Assembly: GCA_002694585.1 (NCBI GenBank)
Contig: NZMM01000091.1
Coordinates: forward strand, 1-32,000
Length of the DNA: 32,000 nt
Origin: Methanobacteriota archaeon
GTDB lineage: Archaea; Thermoplasmatota; Poseidoniia; Poseidoniales; Poseidoniaceae
Direction: 5' to 3'
Both the position numbers and the translations under genes were made by a program. The notes under the pieces were generated by a model. It did not search any database, was not told the DNA's origin, and saw only the letters and a program-made list of their open reading frames with translations. Shown piece by piece: positions 1 through 7,512 of the stretch. Within the stretch, counting starts at the first letter, position 1. Every line of letters starts with the position of its first letter.

Positions 1-185
1 AAGAAGGAGCCCACCCCTGAGCCGGAGCCGGAGCCGGAGCCGGAGCCCGAGCCGGAGCCGGAGCCCGAGCCCGATGAGCCGCTCCCGAGTTCAGTGACGC
101 CGCTGTTGCTGTCGTCATCGCCGCAAGCAGCAGCAAAGAGCATGAGGGACATGACTGCACCGAGCAGTCGCATTCGTCGAGACAT
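1..185 (-). CDS. lipoprotein, N-terminal fragment (gene continues past the left edge)
   Basis: Absent from the ORF track because it is open at the edge. Reverse strand from ATG at 185 reads MSRRMRLLGAVMSLMLFAAACGDDDSNSGVTELGSGSSGSGSGSGSGSGSGSG... This is a signal peptide with lipobox FAAAC. A GGGAG Shine-Dalgarno lies at 192-196. Confidence 0.6.
   Translation of the reverse strand, partial: MSRRMRLLGAVMSLMLFAAACGDDDSNSGVTELGSGSSGSGSGSGSGSGSGSGSGSGVGSF
19..81. repeat. hexanucleotide tandem repeat (GAGCCG/GAGCCC), 9 contiguous units plus 1, encoding a (Gly-Ser)n linker on the minus strand
   Basis: Read directly: units at 19-24, 25-30 and so on to 67-72, then GAT, then GAGCCG at 76-81. Confidence 0.9.
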
Positions 186-219
186 TCATTTCTCCCTTGA
201 TACGAATAATTGGGAGAAG

Positions 220-235
220 GATAGGCATGCCTAAC
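220..235. promoter_or_regulatory. iron-box-like palindrome GATAGGCATGCCTAAC (13/16 to the window consensus)
   Basis: The core TAGGCATGCCTA is a perfect 12-bp palindrome. It lies 35 nt upstream of the minus-strand lipoprotein start at 185 and resembles the sites at 6661, 7497, 11644 and 14321. Confidence 0.45.
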
Positions 236-412
236 TCTCGATCAAAACCCTTACGAACAAAAACATTTCGACCTTACTTTACTGCGACTGTGAAGAGTTG
301 CTTTCTCGGACGTTGTCCTGATTCCGAACCCGAGCGCCGTCGTCGAGCCCGCAAGCTGTACAGAGGATCGAGGCCACAACGAGCGTCGCAATGGCCACTC
401 GGCGTCGTCGGC

Positions 413-2038
413 TCATGCTGCGTTGAGTTCGCGGTACACGGCGGGAACGACCTTTCGCAGGTACGGCCCCAGCTTGATGAAGCTCTCCCCTGTCGTGCGG
501 AAGTGGTAGCTGATCGGCACCTCGAGGTACCGGTAGCCCTTCGCCAACAGGTCCAAGGTGATGACCTGGGCGTAGTTGAAGTCGTGGATGACCTCAGCCC
601 GGGATGCTGCGGCCGGCGAAAACGCCCGATAGCCGGTCTGACCGTCGGTAATCTTTCGGCGTGCGATCACCGACAACGTCTTGGTGAGAACCTGGTTTCC
701 GAAACGTCGATGCGGTCGCATGTGCTCAATCTCTCCTAAAAACCGACTCCCACACACGTAGTCGGCTTCATCGCCCAGAATTGGCCTGACGAGGTTCGCC
801 AACTCCTCAGGCGGGTACTCCCCGTCGGCGTCACAGAAGGCGACCGCAGCTGCGTTTCGCGCCACCCCGGCCGAGAGACCCTCGCGGACGGCCGCACCGA
901 GCCCCCGATTCTGGGGAAGAGTAATCACGGTTGCTCCTGCGGCCTCGGCGACAGCGCCCGTTTCGTCGGTGGAACCGTCGTCGATGACGAGCACCTCGAC
1001 TGGGTGCCCGTCAATCTCGCTCGGAGCCCGAGCGACGCATTCGCCGACCGCCGCCTCTTCGTTAAACGCCGGCATGAACAACACGATCGGCGCCGGTGGG
1101 GCGGGGATGGGCGAGGTCTCACGGTCCCCGGTCTCGGAACGAAGCCGGATTCGGCCGATAAAAGACGGGGCTGGGAAGGCCATGGCAATGACTCCGACGA
1201 TGATCGAATAGGCGGTCTTGAGGGCGTGTGCGCTGAGCGCGGCGACAAGTGCGGGTTCGGCGTCGTAGCCGAGGCTGACGTAGGCCGCAACTGCTGCGGC
1301 CTCATACGTGCCGAACCCGCCGGGAGCGATCGCTGCGATCTGGGCAGCGACGGCGACCGTGGTAACGAGCGCAGCGTCGGTGGCGCTGATCTCGAGGCCT
1401 GCCCACCGAGCGGTCTGCCAAACAAGGATCGCCTCAAGCAGCCACGCCGAGCCGGTGAGGGCAAGGGCGAAGGGGCCGGGGAGCTTGATGTCACTGCGAC
1501 CCGCCATACGAAGTAGCCAGCTCCAGGAGGCAACTGCGGCGATAACGACGCCGGCCACGACAAGCCAGCCGAACCAGCCGACGAGATCCATGTAGGCGCC
1601 TGGCGCTACGGCAAGACCGAGCAGGAAGATGGCGATGATGTCGGCCGACCGCAGCATCACCGTGGAAGCGGTGGCGGCGTCGATGGACGTGTTTGAGCGT
1701 TTGGCGACACTCAGCACCCGAACCGGCTCACCGAGGCGGAAGGGCAGCACATGGTTGGCGCCAAGGGTGAGATGAATGCCGGCGAGCGAGTGGCCGAGCG
1801 ACAGTTCGGGCAGCACCAGTTGCCATGCGATCGCGCGCAGCAAAAAGGCGATACCGAAGGCCGCCGAGGCGATCACGACCTCACCTGGATGGGCGATCGC
1901 CTCATCCCAGGCCCGCCGCATGAGCTCGCCGTCGACGGCTCGGGAAACAATGACGCCGGCAAAGAGGCCAGCAAGCACACCGACGAGAACAACGATCGGA
2001 AGTGGCAGGCGCTGCCGGAGCAGCTTCAGCGGGTTCAT
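413..2038 (-). CDS. fusion of an N-terminal flippase-like (LPG-synthase-TM type) polytopic domain and a C-terminal family 2 glycosyltransferase (polyprenyl-phosphate sugar synthase type)
   Basis: ORF 413..2047. The N-terminal ~300 aa are multi-TM. The C-terminal part reads IVLFMPAFNEE...VLVIDDGSTDET...FCDADGEYPPEE...GSRF...DGQTGYRAF, typical GT2/DPM1-like. The track start at 2047 is TTG; ATG at 2038 (MNPLKLL) is preferred. Confidence 0.85.
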   Translation of the reverse strand: MNPLKLLRQRLPLPIVVLVGVLAGLFAGVIVSRAVDGELMRRAWDEAIAHPGEVVIASAAFGIAFLLRAIAWQLVLPELSLGHSLAGIHLTLGANHVLPFRLGEPVRVLSVAKRSNTSIDAATASTVMLRSADIIAIFLLGLAVAPGAYMDLVGWFGWLVVAGVVIAAVASWSWLLRMAGRSDIKLPGPFALALTGSAWLLEAILVWQTARWAGLEISATDAALVTTVAVAAQIAAIAPGGFGTYEAAAVAAYVSLGYDAEPALVAALSAHALKTAYSIIVGVIAMAFPAPSFIGRIRLRSETGDRETSPIPAPPAPIVLFMPAFNEEAAVGECVARAPSEIDGHPVEVLVIDDGSTDETGAVAEAAGATVITLPQNRGLGAAVREGLSAGVARNAAAVAFCDADGEYPPEELANLVRPILGDEADYVCGSRFLGEIEHMRPHRRFGNQVLTKTLSVIARRKITDGQTGYRAFSPAAASRAEVIHDFNYAQVITLDLLAKGYRYLEVPISYHFRTTGESFIKLGPYLRKVVPAVYRELNAA

Positions 2039-2107
2039 GACCGCCAACTCTACGTTGTTAAGGAATCTTTACGACTTTCCAGTATGAACGGTTAGTCTCC
2101 GGAACAG

Positions 2108-3517
2108 ATGCGGCTCCGCCTCCTTCTCGTTGGTCTCGTCACGTTCGGCGTGTCGTTACTTGCGATCGACGCCCGGTCGACGTACGGCGCCCGGGTCAGC
2201 AGCGACGAACCTCAGTACCTCATCACGGCGCTATCGCTTTGGGAAGACTTTGATCTCGACGTAAGTGACGAGATCGGCGAGCGCCGCTACGAGCCATTCC
2301 ATGAGGTCACGATCAACCAGCAGACGATTGCACTCAACGATTCCGGCCAAGAACTCAGCCCGCACGACCCGCTGCTGCCGCTCATCTTGATGGTGCCCTA
2401 CGGCATCGCCGGGTGGGTTGGAGCGAAGGTGATGCTGTCATTCGTCATGGGCCTCTGCGCTTCGCTCACGCTCCATGTTGCGGGCTCGCGGTTTGGGGCC
2501 TCACCTGGCCCGGCTACATGGGTCATCGGGGCGTTCTTCACCTCCGCACCGCTCACCAGCTACGGCACCCACATCTTCCCCGCTGGGCCAGCCGCGCTCA
2601 CACTGATGGCGGCATTCTGGGCGGTCGCCCATCCGAGTTGGGCCAAGCGCTGGGACGTCCTCGCCGTCGTGGCGATCGTCGCACTGCCGTGGCTGTCGGT
2701 GAAGTACGTGCCCCACGCCACCGTGATCGCACTCGGACTCGTTTGGAAGCACCGGTCCGCCAGCAAACGCCTGATCCCCATCGGCGCTGCGTTCGTCGTC
2801 GCCGGCATGACTTATCTGCTCCTACACCGGGGTATCTACGGGGGCTGGACGGTGTATTCGACCGGCGATCACTTCGTCGATGGAAGCGAATTCGACGTGG
2901 TCGGTCGACGTCCACGCCTCCTGCAGCGTTCTCGCAGACTCATCGGCCTCATCATCGACACCCAGTTTGGGATCGGCGCCTGGACCCCGTCATTCCTCGC
3001 CATGCCTGCCGCCCTCACGGCTCTCGGTCGTGTTCGCCGCGACTTCCCGAGCGTGCTCGCCGCAGGTGTGATTCTCATGGGATGGATCGTGGCCACGTGG
3101 GTTGCACTCACGATGCACGGCTGGTGGTGGCCGGGACGGCAGATCACCCCGGTGTTGCCCTTCGTCGTCATCGCGATCGCATTGTGGGTCGGCGACCGGT
3201 CCCGCCACTTGGTCGGCGTGGTCACCGCCACTCTGCTCGGTACTGCAACCTGGCTGATCCTCGCATGGGAGGCGTCAACCGGCCGACGGGCTCTGATCGT
3301 CGACTTCTACGATGTCGAGAGCCCTTGGTACCAGGTACTCGCTTCGACCCTTCCCGACCACCAGCGCCTTAACGACTGGGACTCCGTCGTGACCTTCCTA
3401 TGGATGGCGGTCCTCGGCGTCACCGTGGTCCTCGCTTGGCGAGGCGCAGGTCGCAGCAGGGAGCTAGGCGAACCGACCGGTCCCGAGGGTCAGCTGCGCT
3501 CGACCACGGCGTCGTAG
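2108..3517 (+). CDS. polytopic membrane protein, putative GT-C-fold glycosyltransferase
   Basis: 469 aa with more than 10 predicted hydrophobic helices. The acidic motif SSDEPQY...DFDLDVSDE after TM1 resembles the first-loop DE motif of ArnT/PMT-type enzymes. It sits next to a GT2 polyprenyl-P-sugar synthase. The function is inferred. Confidence 0.6.
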   Translation: MRLRLLLVGLVTFGVSLLAIDARSTYGARVSSDEPQYLITALSLWEDFDLDVSDEIGERRYEPFHEVTINQQTIALNDSGQELSPHDPLLPLILMVPYGIAGWVGAKVMLSFVMGLCASLTLHVAGSRFGASPGPATWVIGAFFTSAPLTSYGTHIFPAGPAALTLMAAFWAVAHPSWAKRWDVLAVVAIVALPWLSVKYVPHATVIALGLVWKHRSASKRLIPIGAAFVVAGMTYLLLHRGIYGGWTVYSTGDHFVDGSEFDVVGRRPRLLQRSRRLIGLIIDTQFGIGAWTPSFLAMPAALTALGRVRRDFPSVLAAGVILMGWIVATWVALTMHGWWWPGRQITPVLPFVVIAIALWVGDRSRHLVGVVTATLLGTATWLILAWEASTGRRALIVDFYDVESPWYQVLASTLPDHQRLNDWDSVVTFLWMAVLGVTVVLAWRGAGRSRELGEPTGPEGQLRSTTAS

Positions 3518-4488
3518 TCGGACTGGGTAGCGTGCCAACTTGCCTGCGCGGACAAGCCGTCAAATAACGAAGTGGTGGGCACCCAGCCGAGCACGTCGAT
3601 CGTTGGCTGCAGATCGGCTTTCGTCACTCGAGGATCGCCGGCGGGCGCCGGAAGCGTCTCGGTGCGCATCGGACCCGCGATTTCTTCGACAAGCGCCATT
3701 GCGTCGAGCAACGAGGCCGATTCGCCGCCACCGATGTCGAGGCTCGTGCCGGCCGCCGCAGGAGCCACGGTGCTCAGGATCGTGGCCTCAGCAACGTCCC
3801 TGACGAAAGTGAACTCACGACGCTGTAGGCCGTCACCACGGCGGACGAAAACGCTTTCGTTGGCTTTGGTGGCCTCAAACATGCGGTGCATCGCCATATC
3901 GGGCCGCTGGCGCGGTCCGTAAACTGTGAAGTACCGCAACGAGACGATATCGAGACCTCGCTCGGCGTAGACGTTGGCAAGGTGCTCACCAGCAAGCTTG
4001 GAGACGCCATACGGGCTGATCGGCGCTGCACGACGATCGTCGCCAACCGACGACCCGCCGTAGAGCGACGAGCTCGAGGCGTAGACCACCCGGTTCGCTC
4101 CGACACCGAGCGCCTCTTCGTAGACGCGCTGAGTCAGTTCGATGTTGCGTCGGCTGTAGTCAGTGAAGCCAAGGCCCCAAGAGTCCTGCACGCCGGGCCG
4201 ACCAGCGAGGTGGATGACGAGATCGTCGGGACGCAGCACATCGCCGATGACATCGAAGGCATCAGCCTCGACGAGCGAGAAGCATTCATGGACACTGGCT
4301 GTGGCAAGGTTTGCCCGCTTGCGAGCCGGCAGGTACCAGGGGTCGAAGTCGTCGATGCCGACGACCTCGACGCCGAGGGCCAACAGCTGCTCGACGACGG
4401 TGGACCCGATGAACCCCGCGGCACCAGTGACGACGACTCGGTGCTCAGTGACGCGGGTTACCGGTACATTTAGGTGGTCAGTCGACAT
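3490..4488 (-). CDS. NAD-dependent epimerase/dehydratase (extended SDR)
   Basis: VVVTGAAGFIGS Rossmann motif and the SPYGVSKLAGE YxxxK motif. I start it at ATG 4488 (MSTDHL...) because the longer track ORF (to 4710) would overlap the divergent gene at 4537. Confidence 0.9.
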   Translation of the reverse strand: MSTDHLNVPVTRVTEHRVVVTGAAGFIGSTVVEQLLALGVEVVGIDDFDPWYLPARKRANLATASVHECFSLVEADAFDVIGDVLRPDDLVIHLAGRPGVQDSWGLGFTDYSRRNIELTQRVYEEALGVGANRVVYASSSSLYGGSSVGDDRRAAPISPYGVSKLAGEHLANVYAERGLDIVSLRYFTVYGPRQRPDMAMHRMFEATKANESVFVRRGDGLQRREFTFVRDVAEATILSTVAPAAAGTSLDIGGGESASLLDAMALVEEIAGPMRTETLPAPAGDPRVTKADLQPTIDVLGWVPTTSLFDGLSAQASWHATQSDYDAVVERS

Positions 4489-4536
4489 TAAGCTTACTTT
4501 ACAAGGGCCGTCTGTGAATCCACCAAGGGAGATCCG

Positions 4537-5910
4537 ATGAGCCGTATCGCGGTAATCGGCGCCGGACCAGCCGGACTGTTGGCAGCGCTGGAGACTGCCG
4601 AGGCGGGCCACGACGTAGTGCTCTACGAGGCCAGCGGCCAGGTCGGCGGCATGTCCGCCAGCTTCGAGGTCGCCGGCCAGCGGGTCGACTACGGCTCCCA
4701 CCGCCTGCACCCCGCTACCGACCCTGATCTGATGGCCCGGATCCGCAACCTGCTCGGCGATGATTTGCAGACTCGCATCCGAAACGGACGGATCCGCCTC
4801 GAGGACCGCTGGGTTAGCTTCCCGCTTCAGCCTGGCCCGATGGTCAAAGAGCTGCCATTCGGCTTTTCTGCGCGCGTGGGTATCGACACGCTGAAGAAAC
4901 CATTGCGGCGCAGCAAAGTCGACAGCTTCGATAAGGCAATCTCGCAGCGCCTTGGCCCCACCATCGCCGAGCGCTTCTACCGGCCCTATGCCAAGAAGCT
5001 CTACGGCGAGCCTGCCGATGACCTCACCGTCGAGCTCGCCGACAAGCGCGTGTCAGCCACCTCGACACTCCAGATCCTCGCTAAGGCGCTCAAGGCCGCC
5101 AAAGTCGACGGGCGAAACTTCTTCTACCCGCGCAATGGGTACGGTCAGATCAGCGAGGCTCTCGGGGCGGCCGGCATCAACGCCGGTGTTGACCAGCGCT
5201 TGTTAGCGCCCGTCGAGGCGATCCGCTGTACCGAAGACGTCGAGGTGACTGCCGCCGGCGCAACCGACAAGTTCGATGCCGTGCTGTCGTCGATGCCAAT
5301 TGACCTGCTGGTCCGTGCGCTTGAGCCCGCTCCTGATCCCACCATTGTCGATGCAGTCGACACGTTGCGCACCCGGGCGATGATTCTTGTTTATCTGGTG
5401 CTCGACCGGCCGCAGTTCACGGCGTTCGACGCGCACTACTTCCCCGACGCGTCGATCCACACGAGCCGCCTGTCAGAGAGCAAAAACTATCGCAGCGCCA
5501 ACGACCCGGCTGGCCAGACGGTGCTGTGCGCCGAGGTCCCGTGTTGGGTCGACGACGAACTCTGGACCTCCACAGACGAAGATCTCGGCGACCTTATAGC
5601 CGACGAGCTGATTCGTTCAGGCCTCCCCGACCCCGAACACGTTGCAACCGAGACCCGCCGTCAGGCTCGGGTGTACCCGACTTATGAGCAAGCCCATGCC
5701 GGCGCCCGCTCACTCGTCGAAGCATGGGAACCCGACGATCCGCGTGTGCTCGTATTCGGCCGTCAGGGCCTGTCGGTGCCCGACAACATCCACCACGTCA
5801 TGGCTATGGGCCGAGACGCAGCTGCGGTCGTGCGAGTCGACGGAACGATCGATCATGATGCGTGGCGTCGAGCTCGTACTCGTTTCGCCGAGCACGTCGT
5901 CCAGGACTAA
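4537..5910 (+). CDS. FAD-dependent oxidoreductase (amine oxidase/phytoene desaturase-type fold)
   Basis: N-terminal IAVIGAGPAGLLAALE...YEASGQVGG dinucleotide-binding motif. A GGGAG RBS precedes ATG 4537. Confidence 0.85.
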   Translation: MSRIAVIGAGPAGLLAALETAEAGHDVVLYEASGQVGGMSASFEVAGQRVDYGSHRLHPATDPDLMARIRNLLGDDLQTRIRNGRIRLEDRWVSFPLQPGPMVKELPFGFSARVGIDTLKKPLRRSKVDSFDKAISQRLGPTIAERFYRPYAKKLYGEPADDLTVELADKRVSATSTLQILAKALKAAKVDGRNFFYPRNGYGQISEALGAAGINAGVDQRLLAPVEAIRCTEDVEVTAAGATDKFDAVLSSMPIDLLVRALEPAPDPTIVDAVDTLRTRAMILVYLVLDRPQFTAFDAHYFPDASIHTSRLSESKNYRSANDPAGQTVLCAEVPCWVDDELWTSTDEDLGDLIADELIRSGLPDPEHVATETRRQARVYPTYEQAHAGARSLVEAWEPDDPRVLVFGRQGLSVPDNIHHVMAMGRDAAAVVRVDGTIDHDAWRRARTRFAEHVVQD

Positions 5911-5917
5911 ATCAGCG

Positions 5918-6430
5918 CTAGGCGATCGAGATCGACGCGCAGAGCTCGGCTACGGCAAGTGCACCGCCGATGTCGGCAGCGAGCGTGTCAAGAGCATTGG
6001 CCATGCACGGCGCATCGATACCGACACCGACAACCGTGACGCCGAGCTCGAGGTCGGGGCGGACGCTCGCACTAACGACCTCTTCCGGCAGCCCCTTTAG
6101 GTTGACCTCTCGCAGCACCTGCACGGCGACGCACGGCGGGAGCTTTGCGGCGAACCATTGACGATCGGGCTCAGCACGATCAATGAACCCGCCCGACTCC
6201 ACCCGCTCGAGTGACCCGCCGATCTCGCAAAGAGAGAGGTCAGCAAACGGTGGCTGCACTCGACCTTGGATGTGATCGACAACGACCGACCGCCAGCGGC
6301 ATGGGTTGACATCCGCGCTGGGATGACGGCCGACGGTGATTTTCTGCCCCGTGTCATTAACGGCCACGAGGGCACCGCCTGGCAGCGCGTGGACCAGGGC
6401 AGTGGCGAGTTCAAGGCGTTCGTCGATCAT
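5918..6430 (-). CDS. hypothetical cytoplasmic protein, paralog of 8526..9089
   Basis: Shares ERLxL...G(A)xLxV...VGxxPxADxxxC and EVNLK...LGVTVV blocks with the 187-aa ORF at 8526. Start taken at ATG 6430, which forms an ATGA overlap with the stop of the upstream 77-aa ORF. The track start is 6463. Confidence 0.7.
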   Translation of the reverse strand: MIDERLELATALVHALPGGALVAVNDTGQKITVGRHPSADVNPCRWRSVVVDHIQGRVQPPFADLSLCEIGGSLERVESGGFIDRAEPDRQWFAAKLPPCVAVQVLREVNLKGLPEEVVSASVRPDLELGVTVVGVGIDAPCMANALDTLAADIGGALAVAELCASISIA

Positions 6431-6660
6431 TCGATGCAGCCGCTCGCTCGGATGGCTGGACACTCTGTGGCGTCGAAGGGCACGTGAATCGCGCCGTGAT
6501 GACCACAGCCGCAGGCATCACAGGTCCATCCCGGGCGATCGAGCATCGCAGGCGACGGATAAACGGCGTGGATGTCCGGGTGTCCACATGCGGAGCACTG
6601 GCGGATCCAGCCGGGAGTCGCATGGAGTGGTTGGGTCTGGACAGCACGATCCGGGATCAT
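6427..6660 (-). CDS. small Cys/His-rich protein (putative metal-binding, zinc-ribbon-like)
   Basis: 77 aa containing QCSACGHPDIH...WTCDACGCGHHG...EC...GC (7 Cys, 6 His). Its stop overlaps the downstream start (ATGA at 6427-6430). Its ATG directly abuts the iron-box palindrome. Third-position GC bias is only moderate. Confidence 0.5.
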   Translation of the reverse strand: MIPDRAVQTQPLHATPGWIRQCSACGHPDIHAVYPSPAMLDRPGWTCDACGCGHHGAIHVPFDATECPAIRASGCIE

Positions 6661-6676
6661 GTTAGGTATACCTAAT
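6661..6676. promoter_or_regulatory. iron-box-like palindrome GTTAGGTATACCTAAT (15/16)
   Basis: Lies between the divergent 77-aa ORF (ATG at 6660) and the DtxR/IdeR-family gene (ATG at 6741). Confidence 0.6.
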
Positions 6677-6740
6677 GGCCCTCGATAGGCGTGTCAAGCC
6701 GACTCGGCGAAGCGTCGCCCACGACAGTAGGATCCGATAT

Positions 6741-7409
6741 ATGAGTGAGTATGAATCGCCGGAGTGGCATCCAGCCTTCGAGGAATACTGCGAAACAATC
6801 TATGAACTCGGCGAAGACGATCTTGACGTCATTCAGGCCCGCATCGCTGAGCGCATGGATGTGAGTCGTCCCGCAGTGAGCGAGATGATGAAACGCCTTG
6901 AGGTCGACGGACTGATCGAAGCGGGACGGGAAATCAAGCTTACCGAGAAGGGCATGCACCTCGCCGAGACGGTCGTTCGTCGACATCGTCTGGCCGAATG
7001 TTTCTTGACCGACGTACTCGGACTCTCCTGGGCCGACGCCCACCAAGAGGCCGGCAAGTGGGAGCACGTCATTTCCCCCACGGTAGAAAAGGCCATGGTT
7101 GCCCGTCTCAACGATCCGACCACGTGCCCTCACGGCAACCCGATTCCCGGTAGCGGGTATGAAGCCCCCGACCTAATCGCCCTCGAGGCGATCGGTGTGG
7201 GCAAAGAGTTCGAAGTGCAGCGCATTCCCGAGGAGCTCGAGTTCGCAGAGGGCATGCTCGACTTCCTTGAGCAGTCGTCGATCATCCCCGGCTCGAGGGG
7301 CACCGTCACGGCCGTATCGCCCGACGGCACCGCAACCGTCACGATCGATGGCAACGCAGTCGGTGTGGGTGGCTTCGCCAGCTCTCGTATCCTCGTGACC
7401 GCACGCTGA
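6741..7409 (+). CDS. ideR: DtxR/IdeR-family metal-dependent transcriptional repressor with a C-terminal SH3-like domain
   Basis: RRHRLAECFLTDVLGLSWADAHQEAGKWEHVISP...NDPTTCPHGNPIPG aligns closely with M. tuberculosis IdeR ([34 protein letters not shown]...NNPTTSPFGNPIPG, recalled from memory). Start taken at ATG 6741 (MSEYESPEW). Confidence 0.85.
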   Translation: MSEYESPEWHPAFEEYCETIYELGEDDLDVIQARIAERMDVSRPAVSEMMKRLEVDGLIEAGREIKLTEKGMHLAETVVRRHRLAECFLTDVLGLSWADAHQEAGKWEHVISPTVEKAMVARLNDPTTCPHGNPIPGSGYEAPDLIALEAIGVGKEFEVQRIPEELEFAEGMLDFLEQSSIIPGSRGTVTAVSPDGTATVTIDGNAVGVGGFASSRILVTAR

Positions 7410-7441
7410 CAGATCCCGGTCTGCGCCTAACGGAATCGAGC

Positions 7442-7471
7442 CGCCGGCCTTCGGGCCGGTGCTTCTTTTTT
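7442..7471 (+). terminator. intrinsic terminator
   Basis: CGCCGGCC-TTCG-GGCCGGTG stem-loop followed by CTTCTTTTTT, 33 nt after the repressor stop codon. Confidence 0.75.
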
Positions 7472-7496
7472 GAGGTTGCATAGCTTACCTACCTTT

Positions 7497-7512
7497 GGTA
7501 GGCATACCTAAC
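7497..7512. promoter_or_regulatory. iron-box-like palindrome GGTAGGCATACCTAAC (14/16)
   Basis: Ends 1 nt before ATG 7513. It overlaps a second inverted repeat, CCTACC-TTT-GGTAGG (7488-7502). Confidence 0.6.

Noticed and set aside
925-1563. Long overlapping antisense or alternate-frame ORFs throughout the window (for example 925..1563, 2413..3372, 9535..10242, 13368..14090, 28498..29523, 29615..30433, 30619..31176).
   Set aside because: These are typical high-GC shadow ORFs. They have Arg/Pro/Ser/Gly-rich low-complexity translations, are fully nested in genes with clear family motifs, and have no motifs of their own.
3490-4710. Long N-terminal extensions in track ORFs (3490..4710, 12400..13218, 17488..18057, 25015..26247, 27820..29169, 28844..29584, 30408..31316).
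   Set aside because: The extensions overlap neighbouring or divergent genes and have non-protein-like composition. Internal ATG/GTG starts give canonical N-termini (Rossmann motifs, lipoprotein signal peptides), so the shorter coordinates were used.
6655-6682. A canonical 19-bp IdeR/DtxR box TTAGGTTAGGCTAACCTAA.
   Set aside because: Only the outer TTAGG/CCTAA arms match. Forcing a 19-mer alignment gives poor scores (about 13/19 at best, at 7494-7512). I report the sites as a distinct 16-bp palindrome instead.
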